Below are positions 29,799 through 42,589 of a stretch of 64,000 nt of DNA, in pieces. Under the pieces are notes generated by a model. That model ran no database searches and was not told where the DNA came from. It was given only the letters and a program-made list of their open reading frames with translations. The stretch spans positions 151,652,001 to 151,716,000 of the forward strand of contig OZ024741.1 in assembly GCA_964016885.1 (NCBI GenBank), given 5' to 3'. Position numbers and translations under genes: made by a program. Each line of letters opens with the position of its first letter. Position 1 is the stretch's first letter. The DNA comes from Eledone cirrhosa. Taxonomy: Eukaryota.

Positions 29799-29988
29799 TT
29801 CTATGAAAGAGAATATATTTATATATGTTCGCATGCCAACACAAGAGCAAGAATGAAGTGTTCATTCTACTGACATGGCTATAAAATTGAGGCTTGTTTG
29901 CATAATTGCAAACGAATCGAATGTTATTAATATTCGAAAAACTCAGATTACATTTATTGTATTCAGCCATGTAGAGCTACATTTTTTT

Positions 29989-30041
<53 letters not shown>

Positions 30042-30496
30042 TTCTATGAAACAGAATATATTTTGTATATTTATATATATATATATATATACATATATTC
30101 TATGAAACAGAATATATTTGTATATTTATATACATATATATATATATCGCTTTTGGAAAGAACGGAACTCCTGTTGAAATGAATTCTCTGTTCGTCATGG
30201 AATATCACGAGCGTGCTTGTTACGTAAGTCGGATATTTGATTTCGATATCACAGAAACATTTTGAACGTATACCGTTTAATTTTTCCAGGTGTATCTTTT
30301 TTAACCTGTTAGTTTTTTCGTTGCTCTGGTATTGTGTGTTAGGTTTTGCCTACCACAATGTTCAATTTGTCAAACTATTTAAACGTATCTTGTTACTCTG
30401 AGGACCTACCCTTATAGAGTGCTTAACTACTCATTCCTTATTGTAGGTCGACTTTGCTTGGCCGCAGCCAAAGCTTCGATTTTACTAAGCCCCCAC

Positions 30497-30542
<46 letters not shown>

Positions 30543-30556
30543 GTATATCACTAGTA

Positions 30557-30616
<60 letters not shown>

Positions 30617-30779
30617 ATTGTGTGTGTTCTATGTGTGTGAAGATCTATACACAAACGCATATATATATGTATTTGTGACTATATATATGTATATCTGTTT
30701 GTGTGTATGTGTGTATGTATTTACGCATGCATGTATGTATGTGTGTGTGTGTGTTTGTATGTAAACATGTTGGAAACAT

Positions 30780-31400
30780 ATCATTAGAAATGTCTCCGCC
30801 ACATACTCAAAATAATCTGGTCCTCACTCTTTCCTGACACTGAAGCTAGGAATCGACTACGTTGAACAGGTCATCTCATCCTTATGAACGATGAGCGCGT
30901 TCGCAAGCAATTATTTTATAATGAGTTTATGCCTATGCTGGGAAAGAGAAATATAGTTCGCCAAATAAAACATACAATGACTCTTTAAAATCAATGTTGA
31001 ATTGTTACATATGTCTGGAATCACTTGCATCAGGTAGGAAAGCATGGTGAACTATGATTTTGAGCGGTGTTAAAGATTTTGAGCTTGGCAGAGTTAAGCA
31101 TGCTGAAGCGAAAAGAAATGTTCTCAAAGAATAAACCAATAGCAATTGCATTGTGGGTGATTCTCATTCTTTAAATGTTCTCAGCTGGTCTGAGATCGCA
31201 CTGATGTATCCATGGGGGTAGTGCACGCATGAATTAATAGAATTTCATTCCGAATGACCAGTTTCAAAACAATGTTTGTCAAAAACCTGCAAGTAGGTGG
31301 AGATTGAAGCAATACTTGAACGTTTATAATTAACTAGCAGAAAATTTAGTATCTCACGCAAGGAAAGAGCAATTATAAGCACAAGAAGAGGTCAAGCTCT
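30780..31400 (+). mobile_element. Possible decayed piggyBac-like transposase remnant
   Basis: Fragmentary VYAYAGKE, CIVGDSHS and NR..P peptides occur in the order expected for piggyBac; many stops. Confidence 0.3.
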
Positions 31401-31485
31401 GCAAGGAGCTGAGAACCACTATGTATGTATGTATGTATGTATGTATGTATGTATGTATGTATGTATGTATGTATGTATGTATGTG

Positions 31486-31797
31486 TTATATCAGAGTTTT
31501 CCTTCTCCTAATATTCTGCATTGACAAAGGCTAAGGGGGTCATCTCTCCCGGTGATTTTGGATGGCCATTGACTCTTAAGAGCTCCTTTTCCCTTTGACA
31601 GGTTTTGTTTTTAGTCCTGCAGGATGTCCAAAGTCACCCTCCTCACCAATAATTGTCACAAGTGTAATGTTTGTACCAGAGTTTTCAAGTCGCTGGCTGG
31701 ACTAAAAAGTCACACTCGTTCAGCCCATCGGTAGGGGTTCTCCTACATGGATATAAAGTAGTGGCCGTACTCGAAAACGAGTTGGCAGCCACCATGT
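31486..31797 (-). repeat. Uninterrupted copy of the (CATA)n-associated leader module
   Basis: Minus strand reads CATACATGGTGGCTGCCAACTCG...GGTGAGGAGGGTG...GGAGAAGGAAAACTCTGATATAAC between (CATA)n tracts. Confidence 0.75.
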
Positions 31798-32366
31798 ATG
31801 TATGTATGCATGTATGTATGTATATATGCATGTATATATGTATTTGTATATATATGTTGCGTATGTATGTATGTATGTATGTATGTATGTATGTATGTAT
31901 GTATGTATGTATGTATGTATGTATGTATGTATGTATTTGTCTATATATGTTGTGTATGTATGTCTGTATGTATGTATGTATGTATGTATGTATGTATGTA
32001 TGTATTTGTCTATATATGTTGTGTATGTATGTATGTATGTATGTATGTATGTATGTATGTATGTATGTATGTATGTATGTATGTATGTATGTATGTATTT
32101 GTGTATATATGTTGTGTATGTATATATGCATGCATTAGTGAGACTAGAAGCAATCAGGTCCAGCTGAAATGTACTGGACACGAAATCTTTCCTCTCTATG
32201 TGTAAATCTTAAGTGACCAGATCGTAGAGAAAAACAATCACACACAATCACACGCGCGCACATATACGTCATTACATACATGTACACATATATACATATA
32301 TACATACACACATGTACATGCATATATATTTATATATAATATACATACACACACACACATACACAC

Positions 32367-32445
<79 letters not shown>

Positions 32446-32500
32446 ATTGTATCCCTGTGTGTATTAATTACATGTAGGAACACATACCTTTTATTATATA

Positions 32501-33318
32501 CTAGCAGTGGTACCCGGCGTTGCACGGGATAAGGTATTTTGGAACGCGAGCCGCCAACAGACCTAATCGTGGAAAAACTGCATGCCTGGATAATATGTAA
32601 AGAAAATAAACCGAATACTCTGATGGCTGGATAATCTTTAAGATTTTCCTCGATGAAGCAGGAAAAATGCAGGTTTCAACCTAACGCCTCCAAAAAGACC
32701 TAAAAAGCTGAAAAAAAAGGAAATTGTTCACCTAATGCTGCTCCTAGGCCATAAAAAAGTTGGATTTTCTTTGCTCACGGTATGAAGAAGAGACTGACTA
32801 ATACATAGTTACAATTTCAAGGAAATCGGTCTGACGTAACGCCTCAAAAAAAACCCTAAACAGCTTTAAAAACGCAGTTTTTCACCTAATGCGGGACCTA
32901 GGAGCGGAAAAAGTTGAATTTGTTATGTGTATAACACTCCCTGAAACATAATACACATGTAAAGTTTGAAACAAATCGATTGGGTACTTCTTGAGTTTTA
33001 GGGATTCAAACTCACAGACACACACACACAGACAGACATCCCCAGGGAAGTGACGTAGTGCAGACAGTCAGACATACAGGCAGATATTATAAGGGCGCGA
33101 CGTTATATGTATCTAAAAAGAGGAGGACTAAGAATTATAGAGAGAGATCGCTAAATCGCCTAATGAGGTCCCTAGGGCATTGAAAATTTGAAATTTGTTT
33201 TGCTCAGAACACTCCCTGAAACATAAGTATTACATGTGTAAAGTTTGAAAACAGTCGGTCGGGTGCTTCTCAAGTTTTAGGGATTCAAACTCATACACAC
33301 ACAGACAGACATCCTCAG

Positions 33319-33376
<58 letters not shown>
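32501..33376 (-). mobile_element. Non-autonomous Helitron-type element
   Basis: Minus-strand 3' end is hairpin CCCGTGCAACGCCGGG, about 8 nt, then CTAG|T. It has internal duplications of about 150 bp, and the 5' end lies in a (GA)n/(TA)n tract (approximate). Confidence 0.7.
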
Positions 33377-33379
<3 letters not shown>

Positions 33380-33901
33380 TTCTGAAGACGTATGTATATT
33401 TTCTTACTATGATATTTTGTAATATATTTTACATAGATCTATAATAGAATGGACATACGGGGAACTACCCTCCAGAAACGATCGTAAAATAATGAGTTGT
33501 ACTATGAATTAACCGTTTTATATTTAATTTCATTGTTTTACTATTTGTATTTTTGACTCTGTATCCAATGAATTATATCGTTGAAAATTTTGTATTTTAA
33601 ACTTTGCTTCACGACATTTACATACGGATTACATTGAGTTCTTCATACGGTTTAGACCCTACCACTAATTGGTGGATTTATCTGTATATATATATATATA
33701 TATGTATATATATTTATTTAGGTTTGAAGGTTCACCACTGGATAGAGCTGGTCATTCCGTATGGTCAATCTTGATGTAGAGTACTCAACGTAAAGCAGCT
33801 CAACCATCTTCGTTTGTGTAGTTGGTGGTGCGAGTACGGAGTTAAATATTATAATAAAATAACAGGAGGCCGGACTTGTGTAAATCCTTGAAAGGTTTAT
33901 T

Positions 33902-33959
33902 ATACTATGTTCATTTCAATGACCGGGTTCCGTATGAATCCGGTGATATCATCAGGTAT
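33902..33959 (-). ncRNA. Minimal type I hammerhead motif
   Basis: Minus strand: ATAC CTGATGA tatcaccggattc atacg gaacccggtcatt GAAA TGAACA TA GTAT AATAAA; flanked by inverted repeats 33854-33890 and 34064-34099. Confidence 0.65.
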
Positions 33960-34094
33960 TCGAAATATAATAAATGAATGTAACAGATAAAATCCACGGG
34001 GCTGAAAAATCAATGACCCAAGGACGCTCGATCATCTAGCATCTTCCACTTTAGCCGGCTTGAAGGATTTACACAAGTCCACCCTCCTGTTATT

Positions 34095-34127
<33 letters not shown>

Positions 34128-34135
34128 TATATATA

Positions 34136-34179
<44 letters not shown>

Positions 34180-34449
34180 TATATTCATATATATATAGAA
34201 ATATGTGTGTGTGTTTGTGTGTGTGGTTTAGATAGATGGGCAGATGTATATATAGAGAGGGGGAGAGATAGACAGATCAATGTAAGGATTAGAGAACATC
34301 AGATGAATAAATAAAGAGTTATCTAGTTAATTATCTAGCTGGTGGCCTATCTAGATACAACGGCACGCACGCGCGTACACACTGGCACTTACACAGACAC
34401 TTACACACACGGGCAAAAACACTCACACATATGTGTGTATATATATCAA

Positions 34450-34525
<76 letters not shown>

Positions 34526-34560
34526 TATATAAATATACATTTATTTATACATATACACAA

Positions 34561-34593
<33 letters not shown>

Positions 34594-34597
34594 ATAT

Positions 34598-34630
<33 letters not shown>

Positions 34631-34994
34631 AATATATATAGAGAGAGAGAGATACATGCATACACATGTGTGTAGAGTGAGAGAGGGAGGGGGAAAGACA
34701 GTGAGATGGGTGAGTGAGGAAGTGAAGGAAAGGAATGATGAAGAAAGTTAAATAGCAACCAGGATTATATATTCTGCAACAATGACAGTAGGATTTCTAT
34801 GTTTAAAGATTAAAGATGCTGACTTGGTTGTGAAGAGTGAATCGCTTGAACATTTGACCTTATTTCAAGAGATGTAATTGGTTGTAGTGCCTACAGCACA
34901 AACGGAGATTAAATGATATTTTTTATTGTTTCCATCACTTCCTGGACACTTTAGCTAATACATTTCCTTATAAACATACACATACACCAATATT

Positions 34995-35062
<68 letters not shown>

Positions 35063-35524
35063 GTAAAAGTTCTATTTAAATTGTTGAGAAATATTTTTAT
35101 AACTGATATAAAGCACTCAACAAATATTTGGAGTAAAAATACGATATTAACAAATGGAAACTATATTTATAAAACGATATTTATTTCATTATACATATTT
35201 CAAGGACACCAAGTTAAATTATGGTGTGCTTTCATAAGATAAAATATAATATAGATCAGTTTTATAAATAAATATTGACATACCCTTAAAAATGGCAACC
35301 ATTACTGTTGGACCCTCCCGGATATATATATATATATATTTAAAGGTTAAACAAGTTTCAATGAAGAAATCAAAGAATGAGTTTTACAATAGATTGGAAG
35401 CACTCAACAGTTATGGTTTTCCGGAGTTATTAATATTAATTCAAAATATTAACAAAAATAGACATTCGTGTGATCATAACTGAATCTTAACTATCTACTA
35501 AGTTAAGGGATGTCATGCATCATC

Positions 35525-35593
35525 ATATTTTATCTGATGAGGACGTACTGTTGAAGATATCTCAGTACCTCTGAAATATGTATAATAAAATAT
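35525..35593 (+). ncRNA. Type I hammerhead motif with 9-bp stem I
   Basis: ATATTTTAT CTGATGA GGACGTACTG...CAGTACCTCT GAAA TATGTA TA ATAAAATAT; flanked by inverted repeats 35440-35476 and 35597-35633. Confidence 0.75.
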
Positions 35594-35631
35594 ACTTGAT
35601 CACATGAATGTCTATTTTTGTTAATACTTTG

Positions 35632-35734
<103 letters not shown>

Positions 35735-35760
35735 ACAGTATATATACATACATATATATA

Positions 35761-35833
<73 letters not shown>

Positions 35834-36145
35834 GTACATACATATATATACGTACATACATATATATACATTATAATCAACCAGATGAGTTAAGATTGAT
35901 GTAATTCCGAATTTGTCGACTATGATTTTCAATTTATGCTGAAGGACACTAATTTTCAGGGAGGATAAATTCGAATATACCGATCGCTCTACTTTCCCGG
36001 TACATTGTTTTATGGACACCAGAATGATGAAATACAAAGTTGACCCCGAAGGAATTTGAACATTAATACGATACGAAATGATGTTACGTATTTCATCCGG
36101 TGCAATAACGCTTCTGTCGCTCTACAAATGACTACCATATAAATG

Positions 36146-36336
36146 ATTTCTACTATAAGCACAAAGCCAGTAATTTTAGGACAAGAGGAAAGTCGATTAA
36201 ATCGACCCCAGTACCTTACTGGTGCTTTATTTTATCGACCCCGTAAGAATGAAAGGCGATGTTAACCTCAGCGGTTTTTGAAATCAGACCGTAAAGGGCG
36301 TCCAACTCTCTACCGGTAATGCCAATCCATCGCCCT
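36146..36336 (-). mobile_element. SINE family A (diverged), with an older decayed copy at about 35940-36130
   Basis: TTTATTTTATCGACCCCGTAAGAATGAAAGGC core in reverse orientation. Confidence 0.7.
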
Positions 36337-36474
36337 TACTACCCTATAGATAATAGTTGAAAACATCGTGTAAAAAGATACATGCGGCGTGCTTCATTCG
36401 ATTTTCTCCTTTATTATCTATTGTGATTGATTATTAATATTGTGATTTGGGTTAAGTCGCAAATTCCCTATATG

Positions 36475-36535
<61 letters not shown>

Positions 36536-36859
36536 ATGTGTTTATGCGTGCATGTGTGTGTGAGTGAGAGAGAGACAGTATGTGTGCAGTGTGTGAGTAT
36601 ATTTAGGAAATTTGCGAACCAACCCAATTATACATATACATATGCATATATATTTGCCAATATATACTTAGACACACACACACCCACATATATGTATGTG
36701 TGTGTGTGAACGCGCGTGTGTGTGTGATTGCGTTGGGAAACTTCTCTAGTTACACTTGACAGCTCTGTGAGACTATCCTTATATTTTAAAGAGAAAGTAT
36801 ACATCATTCATCATTTAATAAAACGCTTCTCTGGCTTACAACATCCAAATACAACAAAG

Positions 36860-37790
36860 GAAAAATACAATATATATGTTCAATAGATGAGACACGGAAA
36901 TCAATCTAATTAAAATAATATAGGTAGAACCCGGAAATATGGAGCCAACATTTCATTAGCTGTTAGGAAGATTTCAACTGCGTTCTAAATCCTAAATCTC
37001 TAATCCTCCTCATCACCTCTCCAGTATCTTAGTGTTATAGTCAGAGACTCTAAAGAGGGCCTCATTGCGGTATGAACCACCGCTTATATTGGGAATTTCC
37101 TCCTTAATTTGCTTAAGTATGAATAACTCAACCAGGTCCATTACCTACACAGAGTCGCTGGAACCCATAGTAATATCGAAGTTGTTATGTCTATCACTTC
37201 TGATCCAAAGATCTCCACCGAAAAGGATCAAGGTCTTTCTTGCAGCGTGGATGATTGTCTCGCCTGTTAGGTCGAGGTTACTCTTCGCGAATACAAGGGC
37301 CTTGTTTAGAACTACGGGCGAGATCGAAGAGTAGCAATATCCAGTTGAATAAAGCTAGTCCTATTCTTCTCAGGTAATTGCACAAACGAAACTGTTATAT
37401 CACTAGTGCAGGGCAATAGCCGCAATTTTCTTCTTTTCCTGAGCACTGGCAGAATCCTATCCAACGTGTTTTTGCTGATTATTCTTCTGTCAGACTTAGA
37501 AGGAACTATGAGCCTCACCGGGAGGTCAGACTCAAAGTTTGAGTGGTTTGTAGTTGTTAAGAGTAATCCTCGGCTCCCTGGGTTGGTACGGTGCCGCCGT
37601 ATCGTCGATTCTGAGTCTGGATATTATTACATCCGTCTGCACATTGATGGCTTCAAGGGTTACTCTAGAGGTAATTTTATAGTTCTTTCTCAGTTCCCTG
37701 AGAATTAGATTGCTGTGCATATTAAATAAACGTTCTGACCTCTTCAATACTTATAGGCATAAAATATCTAAAGTTTCTTTAGAACATATA
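36860..37790 (-). mobile_element. Decayed Penelope-like RT fragment
   Basis: RLIVPSKSD.RIISKN.LDRI...SFIQLDI (ORF 37312-37518), followed by IIHAARKTL and FDITMGS motifs on the minus strand. Confidence 0.8.
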
Positions 37791-38417
37791 GTTAGACTGA
37801 TCCTTAGACATTAATCTGCAGCCCAATTTTTAACCTAATTAATCAACTTCGGAACATTCTAGTGACGTCATTGTATTGATGTACCAGCCTCTGTTTCTTT
37901 ACCACTGTCTAACCATTCCACCTAAATTAGATAGATATACTACCCTTATAATACATAGATTAGTCACGCTTTTTACAATTCGATTCATTAGTCACCTGAA
38001 GGAGTAGCCATTAAAAACTATACATTACTCGGTGGAGAATATTGAGACCCGAGAACACCTACAACTAATACATCTGCCATATAAGCATTCAAGGTGCATC
38101 GTCTACCTGCACTCAGGTGCTTACACTTTACGTGTAACAACGGGTTGTACAACTCTCCCCTACAGTACTTGATATAATCGTCACATTTGAATGTCTCGGT
38201 TTATAATATACACATGTATATATATGTGTGTGTGTTTGTGTGTTTGTGTGTGTGTGTGTGTGTGTGTATGTGTGTGTGTGTGTGTGTGTGAGTGTGCGTG
38301 TGTGTGTGTGAGTATGTGTGTGCGTGTGTGTGTGAGTGTGTGTGTGTGTTTGTGTGCATGTATTGTTATAATATTGCCAGAAATATCAAATTCATCGCCG
38401 TATATATATATATATAT

Positions 38418-39232
38418 CAACTAGAAATAGATTGACATATATATATATATAAAATAAACATATGGAACAATCACAGGGAATAATTTGTAAAGAATGTAAG
38501 CACACATAGCGAGGTAGGTAACCAATTAAAGTTTAACTAGAACTTCAAATATATATGTTAATCTATTTCTAGTTGATATGAAATGCTCGGATCTATTCAT
38601 TCGAATCTTTGAGCTTATTCTACAGTGGATATGGCGCATGTCTCTCAGACATGACAACCCTTAATTTAATTTTTGATATATATACGGACCCTTAATTGTA
38701 GAGCTAACTCAGTTGAATGGACTAGACTGCTATTTCTAGCTGTCGATAATCCTATTCACGCCACTGGGATGACGCTGTGCGATGTGTGTATTTTTTAAAA
38801 ATGCAACACGTGGTTCGAGTCATTCACAGATTTGCATTTGCTTTGTAAACGCAGATAGTTATTTCTTCTCCTTTGGTGACCATCCAGGATTGGACTACTG
38901 TGATTTACGGATTAATTGGTGAAATATATTTTTTATTTAAAGAAATATATACAAAGGAGACTAATCATTTTAAAAGGTATGTATATTTGAAGTTCTAGTT
39001 AAACTTTAATTGGTTACCTACCTAGCTATGTGTGCTTACATTTTTTACAAATTATTCCCTGTGATTGTTCCATATGTTTATTTTATATATATATATATAT
39101 ATGTCAATCTATTTCTAGTTGATATGAAATGCTCGGATCTATTCATTGGAATCTTTTAGCTTATTCTACAGTGGATATGGCGCATGTCTCTCAGACATGA
39201 CAACTCTTAATTTAATTTTGGATATATATATA
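38418..39232. repeat. Local inverted plus direct duplication
   Basis: 38418-38555 is the reverse complement of 38980-39122, and 38560-38682 repeats directly at 39106-39230. Confidence 0.85.
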
Positions 39233-39312
39233 TATATTAAAACATTTGTGGTATTCTCTACCCTCGTAATTTTAGAGACAGAATTTACTGTGTTTATTTC
39301 TACATATATTAG

Positions 39313-39440
39313 TATAATTGTTTCTACTTTTGGCACAAAGCCAGCAATTACACAATACATTACTGGTACTTTATTTTATCGACCCCGTAAGGATAAAAGG
39401 CAAAGTTAACTTCGGCCGGATTTGAACTCAGACCATAAAG
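39313..39440 (-). mobile_element. SINE family A, 5'-truncated
   Basis: Reverse complement of the family A core and tail. Confidence 0.8.
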
Positions 39441-39508
39441 AGCCGTATATATATATAGAGAGAGAGAGGGGGGGAGATAGATACTTTTTATATATCTGTA
39501 TATTCTGT

Positions 39509-39547
<39 letters not shown>

Positions 39548-40434
39548 GGGTATACACATATATATATGGGTATATATATATATATATATATACCCATGCA
39601 TCTATGTGAGCACGTGCGTGTTTTCTAGGAGTGTGTGTGTGTAGGTGTGAGCATACGGATTAACACACCCTTTCTTAAACCTAGATCATACGGTCGCATA
39701 CACTCCACCTATTAACACTACATCCTCACCCAATATACACCACAGAGAAACGTAACAAACGTCTTAGAGTCTAAATGCAGCACCAGCAGCTGTGAAGATA
39801 AATAAATACATTTATCAGCCTAATTCTTTAACACATGTAAATCGAAGCGATTAACCTTTGTTTAGTAATTTGACACTTTGGCCCAGTGACCTAACCCTGC
39901 CAAATAATACTATAGTGTAGCATCTCCCACACTTTGCTTGCCTACAGCGACTGTTGTTGTATACATATAATCGCTTGTAGCCGGCGTGCTATCATGTGTT
40001 CCAAACAATGGTGTGCATATCAAAAACAAAAACAAAATATTACACCTTAACACCTATCGGATGACATCACACCAAATTATTATTATGCAATCACGTTGAT
40101 GTCTTTGAAATGCGCATGACAGGATTATATAATAAACAGATGATGTATACATAAAACCGTCTCTCTTCTTTATTATGTATATATATATATATATATATAT
40201 ATAACGAATGTGTTGTGGTAAGGAACCAGATGGACCATAACGCACCAGAGTACTCAATACTTAGGGTAGTAGAGTGGGTAATAGGAAAAAGTATGACCCC
40301 GACGGCAGAGCTCAAGCCGTTTCGACGGCTATTTCTGGACGCAGAATATATATATATACATATATATTATCATATATACACATATATATGTATTTACACA
40401 CACACACACACGCATACGCACACACACACACACA

Positions 40435-40504
<70 letters not shown>

Positions 40505-40772
40505 AGCAAATGAATGAATGAAGGAGTTACTTGTAACTCCATTCATTCATTTACTTATTCCTGTTCTGCTTGAACAATATACTAAATATTAAATCTTCTC
40601 TAATATTTAACTCTGCTAACCCAAACATTGAGCACACTCCGCTTCGGTTATTGGCAGTCAGTAATTTGTATCGCACTTCTCTGTATCTATCTATGTCCTC
40701 CTCCCATACGATACTTATACCCTATTATATATATATATATAATATATATAATATATATATATATACCCTATT

Positions 40773-40807
<35 letters not shown>

Positions 40808-40966
40808 AATTGGAGCTCTGAAATAGCAATATATATATGAATGTATATATAATGTATTTTACAATACACTTTATGCTTAATTAAAAGCATTTTGAAGACC
40901 GTATGCTATTGTTTTAGATTAGTGACAAACTCACTTACTTTAATCTCAGCAAACAGAGGGAGATAA

Positions 40967-41011
40967 AGCCGACAAGGCCTTGTTTCGCATTTTTTGCTGC
41001 TTATCAAGACT
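40967..41011 (-). ncRNA. Minimal hammerhead, U3-A8 variant (left-arm copy)
   Basis: Minus strand: AGTC TTGATAA GCA gcaaaaaa TGC GAAA CAAGGCCTTG TC GGCT. Confidence 0.75.
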
Positions 41012-41451
41012 AACTACTCCCTCCTGTCTACTGAGATCACTGATGTTATATTCTTATAAAATTCTAGTAAATAATCAGGAACTGATTATACAGAGCGGTT
41101 GCCGGTCAGGCAGAAATTAAAAATTAGAATTGGAGCTCTGAAATAGCAATATATATATGAATGTATATATAATGTATTTTCCAATACACTTTGCTGAGAT
41201 TAAAGTAAGTAAGTTTGTCACTTCTCTAAAACAATAGCATACGGTCTTCAAAATGCTTTTAATTAAGCATAAAGTGTATTGCAAAATACATTATATATAC
41301 ATTCATATATATATTGCTATTTCAGAGCTCCAATTCTAATTTTTAATTTCTGCCTGACCGGCAACCGCTCTGTATAATCAGTTCCTGATTATTTACTAGA
41401 ATTCTATAAGAATATAACATCAGTGATCTCAGTAGACAGGAGGGAGTAGTT

Positions 41452-41496
41452 AGTCTTGATAAGCATAAAAAAATGCGAAACAAGGCCTTGTCGGCT
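41452..41496 (+). ncRNA. Minimal hammerhead, U3-A8 variant (right-arm copy)
   Basis: AGTC TTGATAA GCAT aaaaaa ATGC GAAA CAAGGCCTTG TC GGCT; stem III is the perfect 12-bp palindrome ACAAGGCCTTGT with a GTC cleavage triplet. Confidence 0.8.
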
Positions 41497-41780
41497 TTAT
41501 CTCTCCCTGTTTGCTGAGATTAAAGTAAGTGAGTTTTTCACTACTCTAAAACAATAGCATACTGTCTTCAAAATTCTTTTAATTAAGCATAAAGTGTATT
41601 GCAAAATACATTATATATACATTCATATATATATGTATATATATTAGAAAGTGAGGTTTTTTTACAAAATGAAAAATAACCGAGGTGCCCTACACGAGTG
41701 AAAGTATAAAGAAAAAAAGGTGAAATCGAAAATGCAACTGGAGTCTTATGTTTTAAAACATATATATATTTATTTGGTTC

Positions 41781-41816
41781 CTTTACCGGTTTCGCAGTTC
41801 TTCTGCTTTTCAAAAG
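41781..41816 (-). ncRNA. Very small hammerhead motif, U3-A8 variant
   Basis: Minus strand: CTT TTGAAAA GCAG aagaa CTGC GAAA CCGG TA AAG; palindrome ACCGGT, GTA triplet and AATAAA about 6 nt downstream. Confidence 0.7.
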
Positions 41817-41858
41817 TAGAGTTGAGATGGAGGGTCTGTGGTTTTTCTCACATCTCGC

Positions 41859-41901
<43 letters not shown>

Positions 41902-42223
41902 TGTGAATGGTTTAGATTTTTATACATATCTATATATATATAAATCTAAACTATTCACATTGTTACTCATCAGACAATTGATGTAAGCAGTAATCATGCA
42001 ACTGATTTCTTTATATATATATGTGTATGTATGTGTGTATGTGTGTGTGTGTGTGTGCGTGCGCGTGTGTGTTTGTATGTGTGTGTGTGTATTTAATACT
42101 ACAAATACTCAACTTACACTTTGCGTATTGATAGCTATTTTCTTTCGTTATCACAACTAATATATATATAGACGTATACATACACAAATATACACACAAA
42201 TACACACGCTCACACACACACAT

Positions 42224-42262
<39 letters not shown>

Positions 42263-42347
42263 GTAATAAAAATAAATTTGAAGACTAAAACCCAAAGAGG
42301 GCTCGATAAGGATAAATATATATCAAATATATAAGAACCGTAGAGAA

Positions 42348-42587
<240 letters not shown>

Positions 42588-42589
42588 CA

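Larger units (their letters stand above)
40807..41632. mobile_element. 320-bp monomer in tandem and inverted array carrying one hammerhead per unit (retrozyme/pLTR-like)
   Basis: GAATTGGAGCTCTG at 40807 and 41127, and TTGCTGAGATTAAAG at 41191 and 41511, both give period 320; the right arm is the reverse complement of the left. Confidence 0.8.
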
